A stretch of DNA of 64,000 nt from an uncultured bacterium (GCA_963749495.1 CAVVMW010000023.1:96001-160000); one strand, 5' to 3'; counted from the first letter of the stretch, positions 10,161 through 20,333 are shown. The notes: generated by a model from the letters alone, not told the origin. Program-made: numbers and translations.

Positions 10161-11067
10161 GCGTCGCGGAGCAACGCAGTGAAGGTAGCCGCGGACCTCG
10201 GTCCACGGTAAGGGGACGGGGAAATGGCCTCGCGTCGCGTAGCGACGCCTGACAGCGTCGCGGTTTTCGGGCGTCGCTACGCGACGCGGTCGAGCTTGGG
10301 CCATGGGTCCGTGGACTGGAAGTCCACGGCTACCATCGGGCACCGCTACGCGGTGAGCCGGACGCAGCGCACGCGTCGCGGCTGTGAGTCGCTCATCACA
10401 TCTCAGGCGTATGGCATCGGCTACGCGGTGAGCCGGACGCAGCGCACGCGTCGCGGAGCGACGCAGTGAAGGTAGCCGTGGACCTCGGTCCACGGTTTGC
10501 GGCGTGGGAACGAGCCGCGTCGCGTAGCGACGCCTGACAGCGTCGCGGTTTTCGGGCGTCGCTACGCAACGCGGTCGAGCTTGGGCCATGGGTCCGTGGA
10601 CTGGAAGTCCACGGCTACCATCGGGCACCGCTACGCGGTGAGCCGGACGCAGCGCACGCGTCGCGGAGCAACGCAGTGAAGGTAGCCGTGGACCTCGGTC
10701 CACGGTTGGGGACGGGGAAATGGCCTCGCGTCGCGTAGCGACGCCTGACAGCGTCGCGGTTTTCTGGCGTCGCTACGCAACGCGGTCGAGCTTGGGCCAT
10801 GGGTCCGTGGACTGGAAGTCCACGGCTACCATCGGGCACCGCTACGCGGTGAGCCGGACGCAGCGCACGCGTCGCGGAGCAACGCGGTGAAGGTAGCCGT
10901 GGACCTCGGTCCACGGTTGGGGGACGGGGAAATGGCCTCGCGTCGCGTAGCGACGCCTGACAGCGTCGCGGTTTTCTGGCGTCGCTACGCGACGCGGTCG
11001 AGCTTGGGCCATGGGTCCGTGGACTGGAAGTCCACGGCTACCATCGGGCACCGCTACGCGGTGAGCC
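10161..11067. repeat. Tandem array of four ~210-bp BIME-like units, each two inverted GTAG-type REP halves
   Basis: Units start at ~10161, 10448, 10658 and 10869; gtagccgtggac-N-gtccacgg and cgtcgcgtagcgacg hairpins; between convergent argF and the RluA-family gene. Confidence 0.92.
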
Positions 11068-11080
11068 AGCCCACCTCTGC

Positions 11081-11893
11081 CTACGGCCACGCCGCTCCGG
11101 GCGCATAGCGCCGCAGGTACCTGACCGCCACGGTCAACTCCTTGGGCCAGGGCGCCGCCAGGGTGAGCATTTGGCCGGAGACAGGGTGGGGCAAGGCCAG
11201 GGCATGGGCGTGCAGGGCGGCGCGCGGTGTGAGGGGATGCTCGATTTGATTGGGCTTGAGCCGGTAATCGCGTTTGAGCCTGGAGAGCAGGAGCAGCGGG
11301 CCGCCGTAGAGGCGGTCCCCGGCCAGGGGCAGGCCCGCGCGACGGAGATGGACCCGCACCTGGTGAGGACGGTCCGCCAAGGGCTCGCACTGGAGAAGCG
11401 TCCAGCCGTTAAAACGTTCGAGCACTTCAAAGAGGGTGCGGGAGCGCTTGCCGTGCCTGAGGTCCACGCGCGTGCGGCCGGGCATGGCCGGGTGCCGGCC
11501 CAGGGGAGCGTCCACCTCGAAACGGTCCTCGGCAGGCGCGCCGTGGACCAGGGCGACGAACTTGCGTCCGGGGTGCTCGGCGCCGAACCATTGCCGGAGT
11601 GTGGCCAGCACCGCCCGGCTCTTGGCCAGGAGCAAGACACCGCTGGCCTCGGCGTCGAGGCGGTGGGCAGCGCGGAGCCAGGTGCGCCCGTTGGAAACCG
11701 CCCAGGGTTTGCCCGAGGCTATCCCGGCGTGCAGCAGCGGCACCAGGCCCGGTTGGTCCGGCGCCTCGGGCCTCGGCGACACCGGCAGGTCCCCGGGCTT
11801 GTCCAGCGCCAGCAGGTGCTCGTCCTCGTGAAGGACGGGGATCTCCCAGAACTGGTGGGTCGCCGGCGACGACAGTTTGAGTGCAGCGCTCAC
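11081..11893 (-). CDS. RluA-family RNA pseudouridine synthase
   Basis: LALDKP, HRLDAEASGVLL, HQVRVHL, PLAGDRLYG, LHA motifs; start GTG 11893 or the ATG at the edge of the upstream repeat. Confidence 0.9.
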   Translation of the reverse strand: MSAALKLSSPATHQFWEIPVLHEDEHLLALDKPGDLPVSPRPEAPDQPGLVPLLHAGIASGKPWAVSNGRTWLRAAHRLDAEASGVLLLAKSRAVLATLRQWFGAEHPGRKFVALVHGAPAEDRFEVDAPLGRHPAMPGRTRVDLRHGKRSRTLFEVLERFNGWTLLQCEPLADRPHQVRVHLRRAGLPLAGDRLYGGPLLLLSRLKRDYRLKPNQIEHPLTPRAALHAHALALPHPVSGQMLTLAAPWPKELTVAVRYLRRYAPGAAWP

Positions 11894-13782
11894 GCAGCCC
11901 GGCCGCCCGGCTTCCATGAACCGACCCCGAGCCCGCAAGGTTTCGGAGTGCGGCAGTCCTCTGCCGCTTTCGCGTCCCCACGCTCCAAAAAGCGCCAGAG
12001 GACTGGCGCAGTCCAAAACGCTTCGCGGCAGGCGATGCCGGTCCGGTTCATGGTCCCCATGCGCGACCTCAAAGCCGTGGAGGCCCTCTCAGGTCTTGTT
12101 GGCCGCCGGGCGCGAGGAGAGGTTGGCCGGCGGCGGCTTTTCTCTTCGACGTAAGGCGGGCGGACGCTCCTGGTGAACTGCTCGCTGAACCATTCGTTGA
12201 AGGCCTCCGTTTGCCACCGCTCGCGCAGCCCCTGGGCGAACGCGGGCAGCTCCTTGGTCATCGTCGCCCGGTCCAGGGGCACCTTGGATTTGACGAAGAG
12301 GATGAGGGCGCCGTCGCTGGTCCCCTGGACATTGCTGGCCTTGCCGACAGCCGTGGTGAAGGCCGCGTTCTTGAGCACCCCCAGGCTCACGGATTCCTCG
12401 ATCTCCGGGAGGGCACGCGTGCTGAGCGAAAATGGAGGCAGCGGCGTCGGGCTGACCTTGGCGGCGGCGCAGAAGGCCGCAAAGCTCTTGCCCTGGGCGA
12501 TGCCATTGGTGAGGCTGGAGTGGAAGGCGATGGCCGCCTGCTGTGCCAGGGCCTTGGCTTGCTCGGACTTGTAGTCGGCTGCCACCTGGTCCCGGATCTT
12601 GTCCAGCGGCGGGTATTCGGCGGGCAGGTTGTTCTTGTAGGCAATGACATAGACCCCATCGTTGCCGTCGATGGGGCTGGCCAGCGGTTGGTCGGGTGTG
12701 AGCCTGAAGGCGGCGTTGAGGAAATCCTCGCCGGCGTCGACGCCCTTGGGCTCGTGGTCGTTGTCGAACGGTTCGGTGACCGCGACGGTCAGGCCGTTGG
12801 TCTGGGCCTTGGCTGCCTTGTCGAGGTCGTCGGGGTGCTGCACCGGCGCGTCCAGAAGCGGGCGCACAAATTCATTGGCCTGGCTGTGGGCCTCGAACAG
12901 GGCGCGCCCTCGGATGATTTCCTCGCGAATCCTGGCCCTGGCCTGCTCGGGGGTCTTGACGTCCTTGAAGAACGGGACCTTGTCATAATTGGTGCCTATG
13001 CGCCGGAGGGTGTCCTCGACGTTCTCGTTGAGGTTGGTCTTGGCCAGGAACTGCTCGGCCTCGGTCCAGAAATTGGTGAGGGGGAACTTGACATAACTGA
13101 CCTGGACCCGCTTCGGGATGCGGTAAACGGCCAGGCTATTGCTGTAGAAGGTATTGAGCGCCTCCGGCGTGACGCTCACCCGGGCGAGGTAATTCGAGGC
13201 GTTGAAAAAGACGGCCTCCGTGGCCAATTCCTGGTGTTCGCTCACGTAGAGGTCCTGGATCTGCTCCGGGGTGGCCAGCTTGCCGCCCACGGCCACAGTG
13301 GCCATCAATTCCTGGAGACCCAGGTAGTGCCTGACGTAGCGCTCCAGGTCGTCAAGCTGAAAGCCGCTCTTCTCCAACAGCCGCGCGATCCCCTCCGGCG
13401 ACATGTTTTCCATGCCGCGCATCGAGCGGAGCATGTTCCTGGCCACCTCGGCCACCATCTGGCTGGAGATATGGATGCCGAGCTGCTCCTGCTTCTGGGT
13501 GAGCAGCAGCCATTGCAGGGACTCCCGTTCCAAGTTCTTCCGGCTCTCCTCGTCCATGGCCCGTCCGTTGCGGAGCAAAAACATCAATTGCATCTCCCGC
13601 ACCGCCTGGCTCATCGCCTCGTCGCTGATCTTATGGCCATCGATCGTCCCCAGGTTCATCGGCCGTACCCGCTCCCGGTTGATCTTCGAATACGGCGAGA
13701 AATAAATCACAAAGCTGATCACCGTGAACGTGATAATCACGAGCCACAACCACTTCTGGTGCCTTCGAATCGTCCCAAACAT
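11890..13782 (-). CDS. SurA-N/PpiD-like periplasmic folding chaperone; true stop may be at 12089 if an A-run indel at ~12140 is corrected
   Basis: MFGTIRRHQKWLWLVIITFTVISFVIYF membrane anchor, G.IDG.KI, PPLDKIRDQVAADY. Confidence 0.85.
   Translation of the reverse strand: MFGTIRRHQKWLWLVIITFTVISFVIYFSPYSKINRERVRPMNLGTIDGHKISDEAMSQAVREMQLMFLLRNGRAMDEESRKNLERESLQWLLLTQKQEQLGIHISSQMVAEVARNMLRSMRGMENMSPEGIARLLEKSGFQLDDLERYVRHYLGLQELMATVAVGGKLATPEQIQDLYVSEHQELATEAVFFNASNYLARVSVTPEALNTFYSNSLAVYRIPKRVQVSYVKFPLTNFWTEAEQFLAKTNLNENVEDTLRRIGTNYDKVPFFKDVKTPEQARARIREEIIRGRALFEAHSQANEFVRPLLDAPVQHPDDLDKAAKAQTNGLTVAVTEPFDNDHEPKGVDAGEDFLNAAFRLTPDQPLASPIDGNDGVYVIAYKNNLPAEYPPLDKIRDQVAADYKSEQAKALAQQAAIAFHSSLTNGIAQGKSFAAFCAAAKVSPTPLPPFSLSTRALPEIEESVSLGVLKNAAFTTAVGKASNVQGTSDGALILFVKSKVPLDRATMTKELPAFAQGLRERWQTEAFNEWFSEQFTRSVRPPYVEEKSRRRPTSPRARRPTRPERASTALRSRMGTMNRTGIACREAFWTAPVLWRFLERGDAKAAEDCRTPKPCGLGVGSWKPGGRAA
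11914..12088. repeat. Composite palindromic element, copy 1 (copy 2 at 24293-24461)
   Basis: ggagtgcggcagtcctctgccgcttt...aaagcgccagaggactggcgcagtcc hairpin, flanked by ccatgaacc/ggttcatgg. Confidence 0.85.
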
Positions 13783-13864
13783 AAATGCAATTCACTCTAA
13801 GAGGGCGCAACGTAACGGTCTTCCCCAAGCCGGGTCAAACGCAAAATGGGAAAAAATGAGCGGG

Positions 13865-13969
13865 CAGGCAGGATCATTGACGGCAAAACCATCCTGGCAA
13901 AATCATTTTCGGCAGAGTTATTTGAAAAAACTCTCTGTAAATGATTTTGCCAGCAGTGATTCTGCCCGC
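13865..13969. repeat. Inverted-repeat element of the GGCAGAATCAT/GGCAAAATCAT family (half copies at 24779-24804 and 39422-39448)
   Basis: ggcaggatcattgacggcaaaaccatcctggcaaaatcatt ... aatgattttgccagcagtgattctgcc. Confidence 0.7.
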
Positions 13970-14010
13970 CTCCCGAAATTGAATGGTTCTGCGGCCTGAG
14001 CCGAATCTCT

Positions 14011-14039
14011 TTGCATTGGGGCCGAGGACTCTCTACTAT
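14011..14039 (+). promoter_or_regulatory. Sigma70-like promoter TTGCAT-N17-TACTAT
   Basis: Consensus-like boxes at correct spacing upstream of the LapA-like gene. Confidence 0.55.
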
Positions 14040-14056
14040 CGGGCTGTTGGCTTACG

Positions 14057-14309
<253 letters not shown>

Positions 14310-14317
<8 letters not shown>

Positions 14318-14517
14318 AGGCTAAAGGCTAAAGGCTAAAAAACAGTCCACAGTCCACAGTCCACAGTCCACACTCGGGGAGACGAAGACTCCGGGGCGAG
14401 GCTCAAGGGACGAATGACCAAAGACGTGAGGAGTCTGCGCTCTGGATAACGCTTCGCTCGATGGTCTTTGGACTGTGGACTCTGGACTGTGGACTTGCAC
14501 TTTAGCCTTTAGCCTTT
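14310..14517. repeat. ~200-bp element with nested inverted heptamer arrays (AAAGGCT outside, AGTCCAC inside); inverted second copy at 53295-53505
   Basis: Its reverse complement aligns with 53295-53505, including the ~100-bp core (gaccatc.agcgaagcgt.atcc.gagcgcagactcctc.cgtc.ttggtcattcgtccct.gag). Confidence 0.9.
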
Positions 14518-14519
14518 CC

Positions 14520-15953
14520 TCAACACGCGGGCCAGCCGGGCCGGGCTGGGCGTTGGAGCCAGCGGTTGAGTTCGGGCAGATTCGTTATCTTGCCGTTCGG
14601 GCCGTCCCACTGGACCTTGTTGCCGACGCCGGCGTGTTGGGCAAGGTTGCCCAGGAGGACGAACTCTGTGAGTTGCGCGCCGTAATCGAAGCTGGCGGCC
14701 GTGTCCTTGCGGCCTTCGCGGCAGGCCTCGAGAAAATCGGTCATGATATTCTCGGGCCGCGGCAGCATCCTGGGGACCTGGTTGAACTCGTTCATCCTCT
14801 CCCGCGGCAGGATGTGCATGCTCCCGTAGGTGTCAGTGTAGAGGATGCCTTTTTCGCCGACATAAAAAGTCCCGCCGCCGTAATCAAATTGCTCATCCGG
14901 GTATTTGCCGAGCAACTCGGCAAAGAGAGGCGGCAGGTTTTGGTCCTTGCCCTTGGCGGATTGCAGGCTGCCGCTGGCGCTGCTTTGGGCATCTTTCCTG
15001 AGGCCCTCGTACCAGTAGGCCCTGAGCGCCGGCATCTGGCCCCGCGCCGGCACGTCGTAGCGCAGGCGGCAGCCGCTCGGATACGACTCGTTGGTGCCGC
15101 CCCGGACCTCCTCCAGCTCGATGCTGGCCGGATGCTCGACCTTGAGCGCCCAAAACACGCCGTCCAGGACATGGCACCCCATATTGCCCAGCGAGCCGTT
15201 GCCGAAATCGAACCACCCGTGCCAGTCATGGGGGTGGAGACCGCGATGATATTCGCGGTAAGGAGCGGGGCCGACCCACTCGTCCCAATGCAGGCCCTGG
15301 GGCACGGGCAGCGTGGGCGGACGCGCCCCGTCCCAGCCGTTGGCGCGGTCGGTCCAGCTATAGGTCTCGGTGATCTTGCCGACCACCCCGCTCCAGACGA
15401 ACTCGCAGAGCTTGCGGTAGCCCGCCAGGCAATGACCCTGGTTGCCCATCTGGGTCGGGGCCTTGGATTGGCGCGCCAGCTCGCGCAGACGGCGCGCCTC
15501 GTGGATGTCATGGCACAGCGGCTTCTCGCAGAAGACCGCCTTGCCCATCTGCATCGCCAGCATGGCGGGCGGGGCATGGTGATGGTTGGGCGTGGCGATG
15601 AAGACCGCATCGATGCCTTGGCCGATCTTGTCGAACATCACGCGGTAATCGGTGAAGACCTGCAGCCGGGCGGGGTCTTGCCCGTTCTTCTCCAGGAACC
15701 GCTTGACCTCGCCGTGGCGCTTCTCGTCCGGATCCACGATGGCCACGATGTTGTCCTTGCTCTGCTTGACCAGCCAGTCCAGGTGCTCGCTCAGCCCGCG
15801 CCCCCCGCAGCCGATCTGCACACAATTGAGCTTGCGCCCAGGCTCGGCGGCGCAGAGCAGGCCGGGGCCCGGGCCAAAACGGGCGGCGGACAGGGCGGTG
15901 GCGCCCAGGGCGGTGCGTTTGAGGAAACCGCGGCGGGTCAACGAGTCTTTCAT
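14520..15953 (-). CDS. Gfo/Idh/MocA oxidoreductase with Tat signal
   Basis: TRRGFLK, IGCGGRG, ATPNHHH, CEKPL, QMGNQG, GNMGCH. Confidence 0.93.
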   Translation of the reverse strand: MKDSLTRRGFLKRTALGATALSAARFGPGPGLLCAAEPGRKLNCVQIGCGGRGLSEHLDWLVKQSKDNIVAIVDPDEKRHGEVKRFLEKNGQDPARLQVFTDYRVMFDKIGQGIDAVFIATPNHHHAPPAMLAMQMGKAVFCEKPLCHDIHEARRLRELARQSKAPTQMGNQGHCLAGYRKLCEFVWSGVVGKITETYSWTDRANGWDGARPPTLPVPQGLHWDEWVGPAPYREYHRGLHPHDWHGWFDFGNGSLGNMGCHVLDGVFWALKVEHPASIELEEVRGGTNESYPSGCRLRYDVPARGQMPALRAYWYEGLRKDAQSSASGSLQSAKGKDQNLPPLFAELLGKYPDEQFDYGGGTFYVGEKGILYTDTYGSMHILPRERMNEFNQVPRMLPRPENIMTDFLEACREGRKDTAASFDYGAQLTEFVLLGNLAQHAGVGNKVQWDGPNGKITNLPELNRWLQRPARPGWPAC

Positions 15954-16002
15954 GCTGCGCCCAAGGGTAGCCGAACCAGCCGGGATTGGCAATGGTCGAA
16001 TT

Positions 16003-16032
16003 GGGGTCAGATCTCAACATTTGACATTTGTG
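16003..16032. repeat. 30-bp motif GGGGTCAGATCTCAACATTTGACATTTGTG, identical to 45214-45243
   Basis: Exact match of the two copies; related hairpin at 34456-34486. Confidence 0.85.
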
Positions 16033-18047
16033 GTGCCGGGACGCGCCCCTCCAGGCGTCAATTCAATGCCCACAATGCAAACATCATCGGCGAAGCCTGT
16101 CCCACCGGCGAAGAGTTTGATCTCCTGGAGCACCTGGTCGAACATCTCGGGGGCGGGCAGTTGGGCCCGCTGGCGCACGCCCTCCAGGAGCTGCGCCTGG
16201 GTGTAGAGTTGGCCCTGCTGGTTCTGCACCTCGTAGAGGCCGTCGGTGAAGAGCATGATGAGGTCCTTGGGGCCGAGTTTGGCTTGGGAGGCTTGATAGG
16301 AGGCGTCTTCGAAGATGCCCAGGGCAGGCTGGCTCTTGCCCGAGGCATTGGCCAGCGGCTGGACCGTCCCGTCACTGCGGCGCACGTGCAGCGGCTTGGG
16401 GTGGCCTGCGTTGCCGTAGGCGGCCAGACCCGTCCGCCCGTCCGCCACGAGGTAAAACGCCGTCGTGAGCATCGGCGTGCCGGCGTGCCTGAGGATGGCG
16501 CACAGATCGCTGTTGAGCTTGGTCAGGAAGCAGCCGGGGTCGCTGGCCACCGGTTTGAGTTCCTCGACCAGGGCCCGGATCATCGCGGTGACCAGCGCCG
16601 CCTGCACCCCGTGCCCGGACACGTCGCAGATAAAGACCCCGGCCTCCGTCTCAGACAGGGCCGAGACGGTGAAGAAGTCCCCGCCCACGCGGCCGGTCGG
16701 CAGGTAGCGGGGCGTGAACTCAAAGGCGCTCGGCCCCGCGCCCCCGGCGCCGGCAAACACCGGGTACTGCTGCGGGAGCATCGTCAATTGGATCTCCTGC
16801 GCCATCTTCAATTCGTCTTCCATCTGCGCGTTCTTGGCGCGCAGTTCCTTGCGGTTCTGGGCCAGGAGCGCGTTGACCCGGCGGATCTTCTCGTCCGCCA
16901 GCCGCTGCTGCGTGATGTCCCAAAAGATCCCTTGCAGGCCCATCATCAGTCCGTCCGCCCCGCGCAGCGGCGTCTTGACGACCTGCACGTAAATCTTCTC
17001 CCGGCCTGGCGGCTGGTGCTCCTCGACCGTGGCGTAGCTCTCGCCGGTCGCGATCACCTGCTGGTCGTCGCGCTGGTACTTGGCGGCCAACTCGGCCGGA
17101 AAGAAGTCGAAATCGGTCTTGCCCACGATCTCCTGCAAGGTCCGGCCCAGGCTGCGGCAAAACTGCTGGTTGGCGAAGGTGAACCGCCCCTGGAGGTCCT
17201 TGCGAAAGATATTCTGGGGCAGTGTCTCGACCAGCGAATGGTAGAGCGACTCCGAATTGCGCAGGTCTTCTTCGACCTGCTTGCGCTGGGAGATGTCCTC
17301 GACGGTGCCTTCGTAGTAAAGGAGCCGGGCTTGGTCGTCGCGCGTCGCGTGGCAATTCTCCGAAATCCAGATCACCGCGCCGTCCTTGCGGAAGACCTGG
17401 GATTCGAAATGGGAGAGCGTGTCGTGCTCCTGCATCAGCCGGACGAACTCGTCGCGCCGGCCCGGTTTGACATAAAGGCTGCGCCCGATGTCGGTCAGGG
17501 TCCGGGTCAGCTCCTCGGGCGAGGCATAGCCGTAGATGCGCGCCAGGGCGGCGTTGGCCATCAGGTATTGCCCTTGAGGTGTCGTCTGGAAGATCCCTTC
17601 CACCAGGTGATCGAAGAGCCGGTGGTATTTCTCCTCGGCCGCCAGGAGCGCCATGTCCAGGCGATAGCGCTCGATCGCATAGCGCACGGATCGCTCCAGG
17701 GCGCCCGGCGTGAGCTGGGACTTGACCAGGTAATCCTGCGCCCCTTCGTGCACCGCCTCGACGGCCACCACCTCATCGTCCACGTCGCCGCAAACGATGA
17801 TCGGCAGCCCGGGTGCCCTCTGGCGAATCACCTGGACGTTGCCCAGGCCCGCGCCATCCGGCACGCACAAGTCCAGGACCACCGCGTCGAAAGCCGCCTG
17901 CCGCAGGGCGTCGAGCCCCGCCCCGAAATCCACCGCCACCTCCGCGACGGCCGGCAGGCTGCGCGCCTGGCCCAGCATGTCGCCCAGGTAGCGCGCAAAG
18001 ACCGCGTCATGCTCGATCACCAGAATTCGCAGTGTTTCCCCGGGCAT
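16014..18047 (-). CDS. REC-PAS-PAS-SpoIIE (PP2C/RsbU-like) phosphatase
   Basis: N-terminal receiver, two PAS/PAC domains, VGGDFF, DVSGHG, NAGHP, FTDGL, DDVC. Confidence 0.93.
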   Translation of the reverse strand: MPGETLRILVIEHDAVFARYLGDMLGQARSLPAVAEVAVDFGAGLDALRQAAFDAVVLDLCVPDGAGLGNVQVIRQRAPGLPIIVCGDVDDEVVAVEAVHEGAQDYLVKSQLTPGALERSVRYAIERYRLDMALLAAEEKYHRLFDHLVEGIFQTTPQGQYLMANAALARIYGYASPEELTRTLTDIGRSLYVKPGRRDEFVRLMQEHDTLSHFESQVFRKDGAVIWISENCHATRDDQARLLYYEGTVEDISQRKQVEEDLRNSESLYHSLVETLPQNIFRKDLQGRFTFANQQFCRSLGRTLQEIVGKTDFDFFPAELAAKYQRDDQQVIATGESYATVEEHQPPGREKIYVQVVKTPLRGADGLMMGLQGIFWDITQQRLADEKIRRVNALLAQNRKELRAKNAQMEDELKMAQEIQLTMLPQQYPVFAGAGGAGPSAFEFTPRYLPTGRVGGDFFTVSALSETEAGVFICDVSGHGVQAALVTAMIRALVEELKPVASDPGCFLTKLNSDLCAILRHAGTPMLTTAFYLVADGRTGLAAYGNAGHPKPLHVRRSDGTVQPLANASGKSQPALGIFEDASYQASQAKLGPKDLIMLFTDGLYEVQNQQGQLYTQAQLLEGVRQRAQLPAPEMFDQVLQEIKLFAGGTGFADDVCIVGIELTPGGARPGTTNVKC

Positions 18048-18122
18048 ATAGCAAAAGGGTTCCCCGCCCCGGCGGGGCGCCCCGCGCCGTCGCGTTCTGG
18101 GCGGCAACGAGGCCCCCGAGGC

Positions 18123-18883
18123 CTACTTGATTTCGAGCGCGGTGAACGGGTTGTTGGTGAACGCGCCCGGCTTGGAGGTCTGGGCTTGAGGCTCAGGTTG
18201 GGGTTGGGCTTCGGGCGCCGACGGCCTGATGACCTGGACGGCCGGGGCCGGCTGCGGCTCTGTCTCCGGCTGGACGGCTGGCTCCTCGGCCTGGCCGTTG
18301 CCGCCTTCGACCTGGCGCGGGTTCCGGGCCCGTTTGTTCCTGGGCAGAGGGCTAATCATCACGTTAATGCCCCGGCCGATCAACTTGGGCTCGAAATCCT
18401 GGTGCCCGAAGGCCTGGATCTCGCCCAGGAACTTCTGGACCACCTGGAACCCGTACTCCGTGTGCGCCATCTCGCGGCCCCGGAATTTGAGCGTCACCTT
18501 GATCTTCATGTCCTCGCAGAGGAAATCGATGGCGTGCTCGATTTTCACCGCCAGGTCGTGCGGATCGATCTTGGGCTCAACTGGACCTCTTTGACCCTCG
18601 TCGCGTGCTGATGCTTTTTGGACTCCTTCTCCCGCTTGGCCTGTTCGTAACGGAATTTTCCGTAGTCCACCAACCGGCAGACCGGCGGCGTGGCGTTGGG
18701 GGCAATCTCCACCAAATCCACACCCTTGGCCCGCGCCAGATTCAGCGCCTCGCCCAGGCTCATCACTCCCAACTGCCTGGCATCGTCACCGATGACCCGG
18801 ACCTCGCGAGCACGGATTTTCCCGTTTACCCTGACGAATGGACCCGAAGAAAAGGAAGAACGTGAAGGAAAAGGGCGGCTCAA
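18123..18883 (-). CDS. infC: Translation initiation factor IF-3 with a frameshift near 18573
   Basis: N-domain ([14 protein letters not shown]...[22 protein letters not shown]) in ORF 18545..18883; C-domain ([13 protein letters not shown]) in ORF 18123..18548; one C missing in AGC-CC(C)-AAG. Confidence 0.95.
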
Positions 18884-19083
18884 GACACCCTCGCCGGTTG
18901 AAACTTATTCATGCAATAGCTTAACCATTATTCAGGCAGCTCCGTACAGCAAAACTATGCTCACTCCCTGTGCTTACCCCTTCGGGGCGCGGGATGCAAG
19001 CAAAAAAAACCAAAAAAAGAGCCGAGCACAAAGGACATGCCCGGCGTGATCTAGCCATTCCCGACCGAGCCGGGAACGACCTC

Positions 19084-19218
19084 CTACTTATTCGTACTTG
19101 CTGGAGCGTTTGTGCTTCTCTCAATAGGAGGTGAGGTCTGGTCGCCGCCGCCGCAGCCCGTGAGGACCGCGCTGGCAAACAGACCCAATAGTACCATAAG
19201 GGCAATGATCCTTTTCAT
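19084..19218 (-). CDS. 44-aa lipoprotein MKRIIALMVLLGLFASAVLTGCGGGDQTSPPIERSTNAPASTNK (not in the ORF track)
   Basis: Basic N-terminus, hydrophobic core and LTGC lipobox. Confidence 0.75.
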   Translation of the reverse strand: MKRIIALMVLLGLFASAVLTGCGGGDQTSPPIERSTNAPASTNK

Positions 19219-19319
19219 AGGTGGCCGTAACTTCTACAAAATCCTTGAGAAGGACAAGAAAAATCTTTCGGGGAATTGCTTTTGCCCCGCCAAACTGGCA
19301 GAGTCGGCTGCGGACACTG

Positions 19320-20255
19320 ATGAAAGACACGGTCTTCCAGGCCCTGGCCGAGGCGGCGCGCACCGGAGAATCGGTGGCCCTGGGCATCATCATCGGCGTC
19401 AAAGGCTCCAGCCCCCAAAAGACCGGGGCCAAGGCCCTGTTTTACTCGGACGGCCGCATTCGAGGCACGATGGGCGGGGGGTGTCTGGAGGCCGAAATCC
19501 AGCAGCGGGCCATCCAATCGCTGCAGAGCGGCCGGGCGGCGGCCTTCGAACTGGTGCTCGATCACGATTTCGGTTGGGACGACGGCCTGGTCTGTGGAGG
19601 CAAGGTCAGCGGCGTGATTCTGCCCGGTGCGCAGAGGGCCGGCGAGGGGTTCTGGGGGGAGTTGGCGGAGCGGAAGACCGCCCGGGCCTGGGGCGTCAAG
19701 GCGGATTTTTGCCTGGCGGTTGTTCCTGACGCTGAGCCGGTTGCCGCGCCCGGATGGCTCTACCAGGAGCGGGTCAGCCCGCCCTGCGCCTTGTGGATAG
19801 CCGGCGCCGGGCATATCGCGCGGGCGGTCGCGCCCCTGGCCCTCCAGTTGGACTTCGATGTGACCGTCCTGGACGACCGGCCCGCGCTGGCCAGCCGCCA
19901 GTACTTTGGAGAGGAAGTCGCCTTGCGCGCCGAAGTCTGGGAGAAGTTGCTCGCCCTGCCCCTGCCCTGCGTCCCCACGTTCGGGCTTATCGTCACCCGT
20001 GGCCATCGCCACGATGCCCTCGTCCTGGCCGACTGGATTCACAAGCCGTTCCAGTTCCTGGGCATGATAGGCAGCGCCAGGAAGGCCCGCACCATTTTCG
20101 AACATTTGCTCGACCAGAAAATCGCCACAGCCCAGGACCTCCAACGCGTTGCCTGCCCCGTGGGCGTCCCGATCCGCTGCCGGACCGTGCCGGAAATCGC
20201 CGTGAGCATCCTGGCCCAGTTTATTGACAAGCGGGCCGAGGCCGCCGGCCAGTAG
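19320..20255 (+). CDS. XdhC/CoxI family molybdoenzyme accessory protein
   Basis: GSSPQK.GAK, GTMGGGCLE, GLVCGG, GAGHIA, DDRP, VTRGHRHD, GMIGS, CPVG, PEIAVSI. Confidence 0.92.
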   Translation: MKDTVFQALAEAARTGESVALGIIIGVKGSSPQKTGAKALFYSDGRIRGTMGGGCLEAEIQQRAIQSLQSGRAAAFELVLDHDFGWDDGLVCGGKVSGVILPGAQRAGEGFWGELAERKTARAWGVKADFCLAVVPDAEPVAAPGWLYQERVSPPCALWIAGAGHIARAVAPLALQLDFDVTVLDDRPALASRQYFGEEVALRAEVWEKLLALPLPCVPTFGLIVTRGHRHDALVLADWIHKPFQFLGMIGSARKARTIFEHLLDQKIATAQDLQRVACPVGVPIRCRTVPEIAVSILAQFIDKRAEAAGQ

Positions 20256-20333
20256 TCAAAAGCCGGTGCTCAGTCCGCCAATCGGTACCACCACGGCGCG
20301 AACGATGGGGCACAACGCCCGCATGTCGAATCC

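Noticed and set aside
10161..11067. Possible CRISPR array
   Set aside because: Units are ~210 bp and nearly identical, with no unique spacers, and no cas genes are in the window; fits REP/BIME
10038..11108. ORFs within the REP array
   Set aside because: Translations of the palindromic repeat; no coding signal
14475..18611. 1378-aa plus-strand ORF and other long antisense ORFs (454..1512, 12211..13800, 20647..22896, 31413..33215, 46455..48329, 58866..60386, 61525..63717)
   Set aside because: Shadow frames opposite well-supported genes in high-GC DNA; no recognisable motifs
18123..18883. Split infC or programmed frameshifting
   Set aside because: One missing C restores a canonical IF-3, and similar indels occur throughout the window
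18884..19083. tRNA or ncRNA upstream of infC
   Set aside because: No cloverleaf or T-loop motif; looks like an AT-rich promoter/leader region
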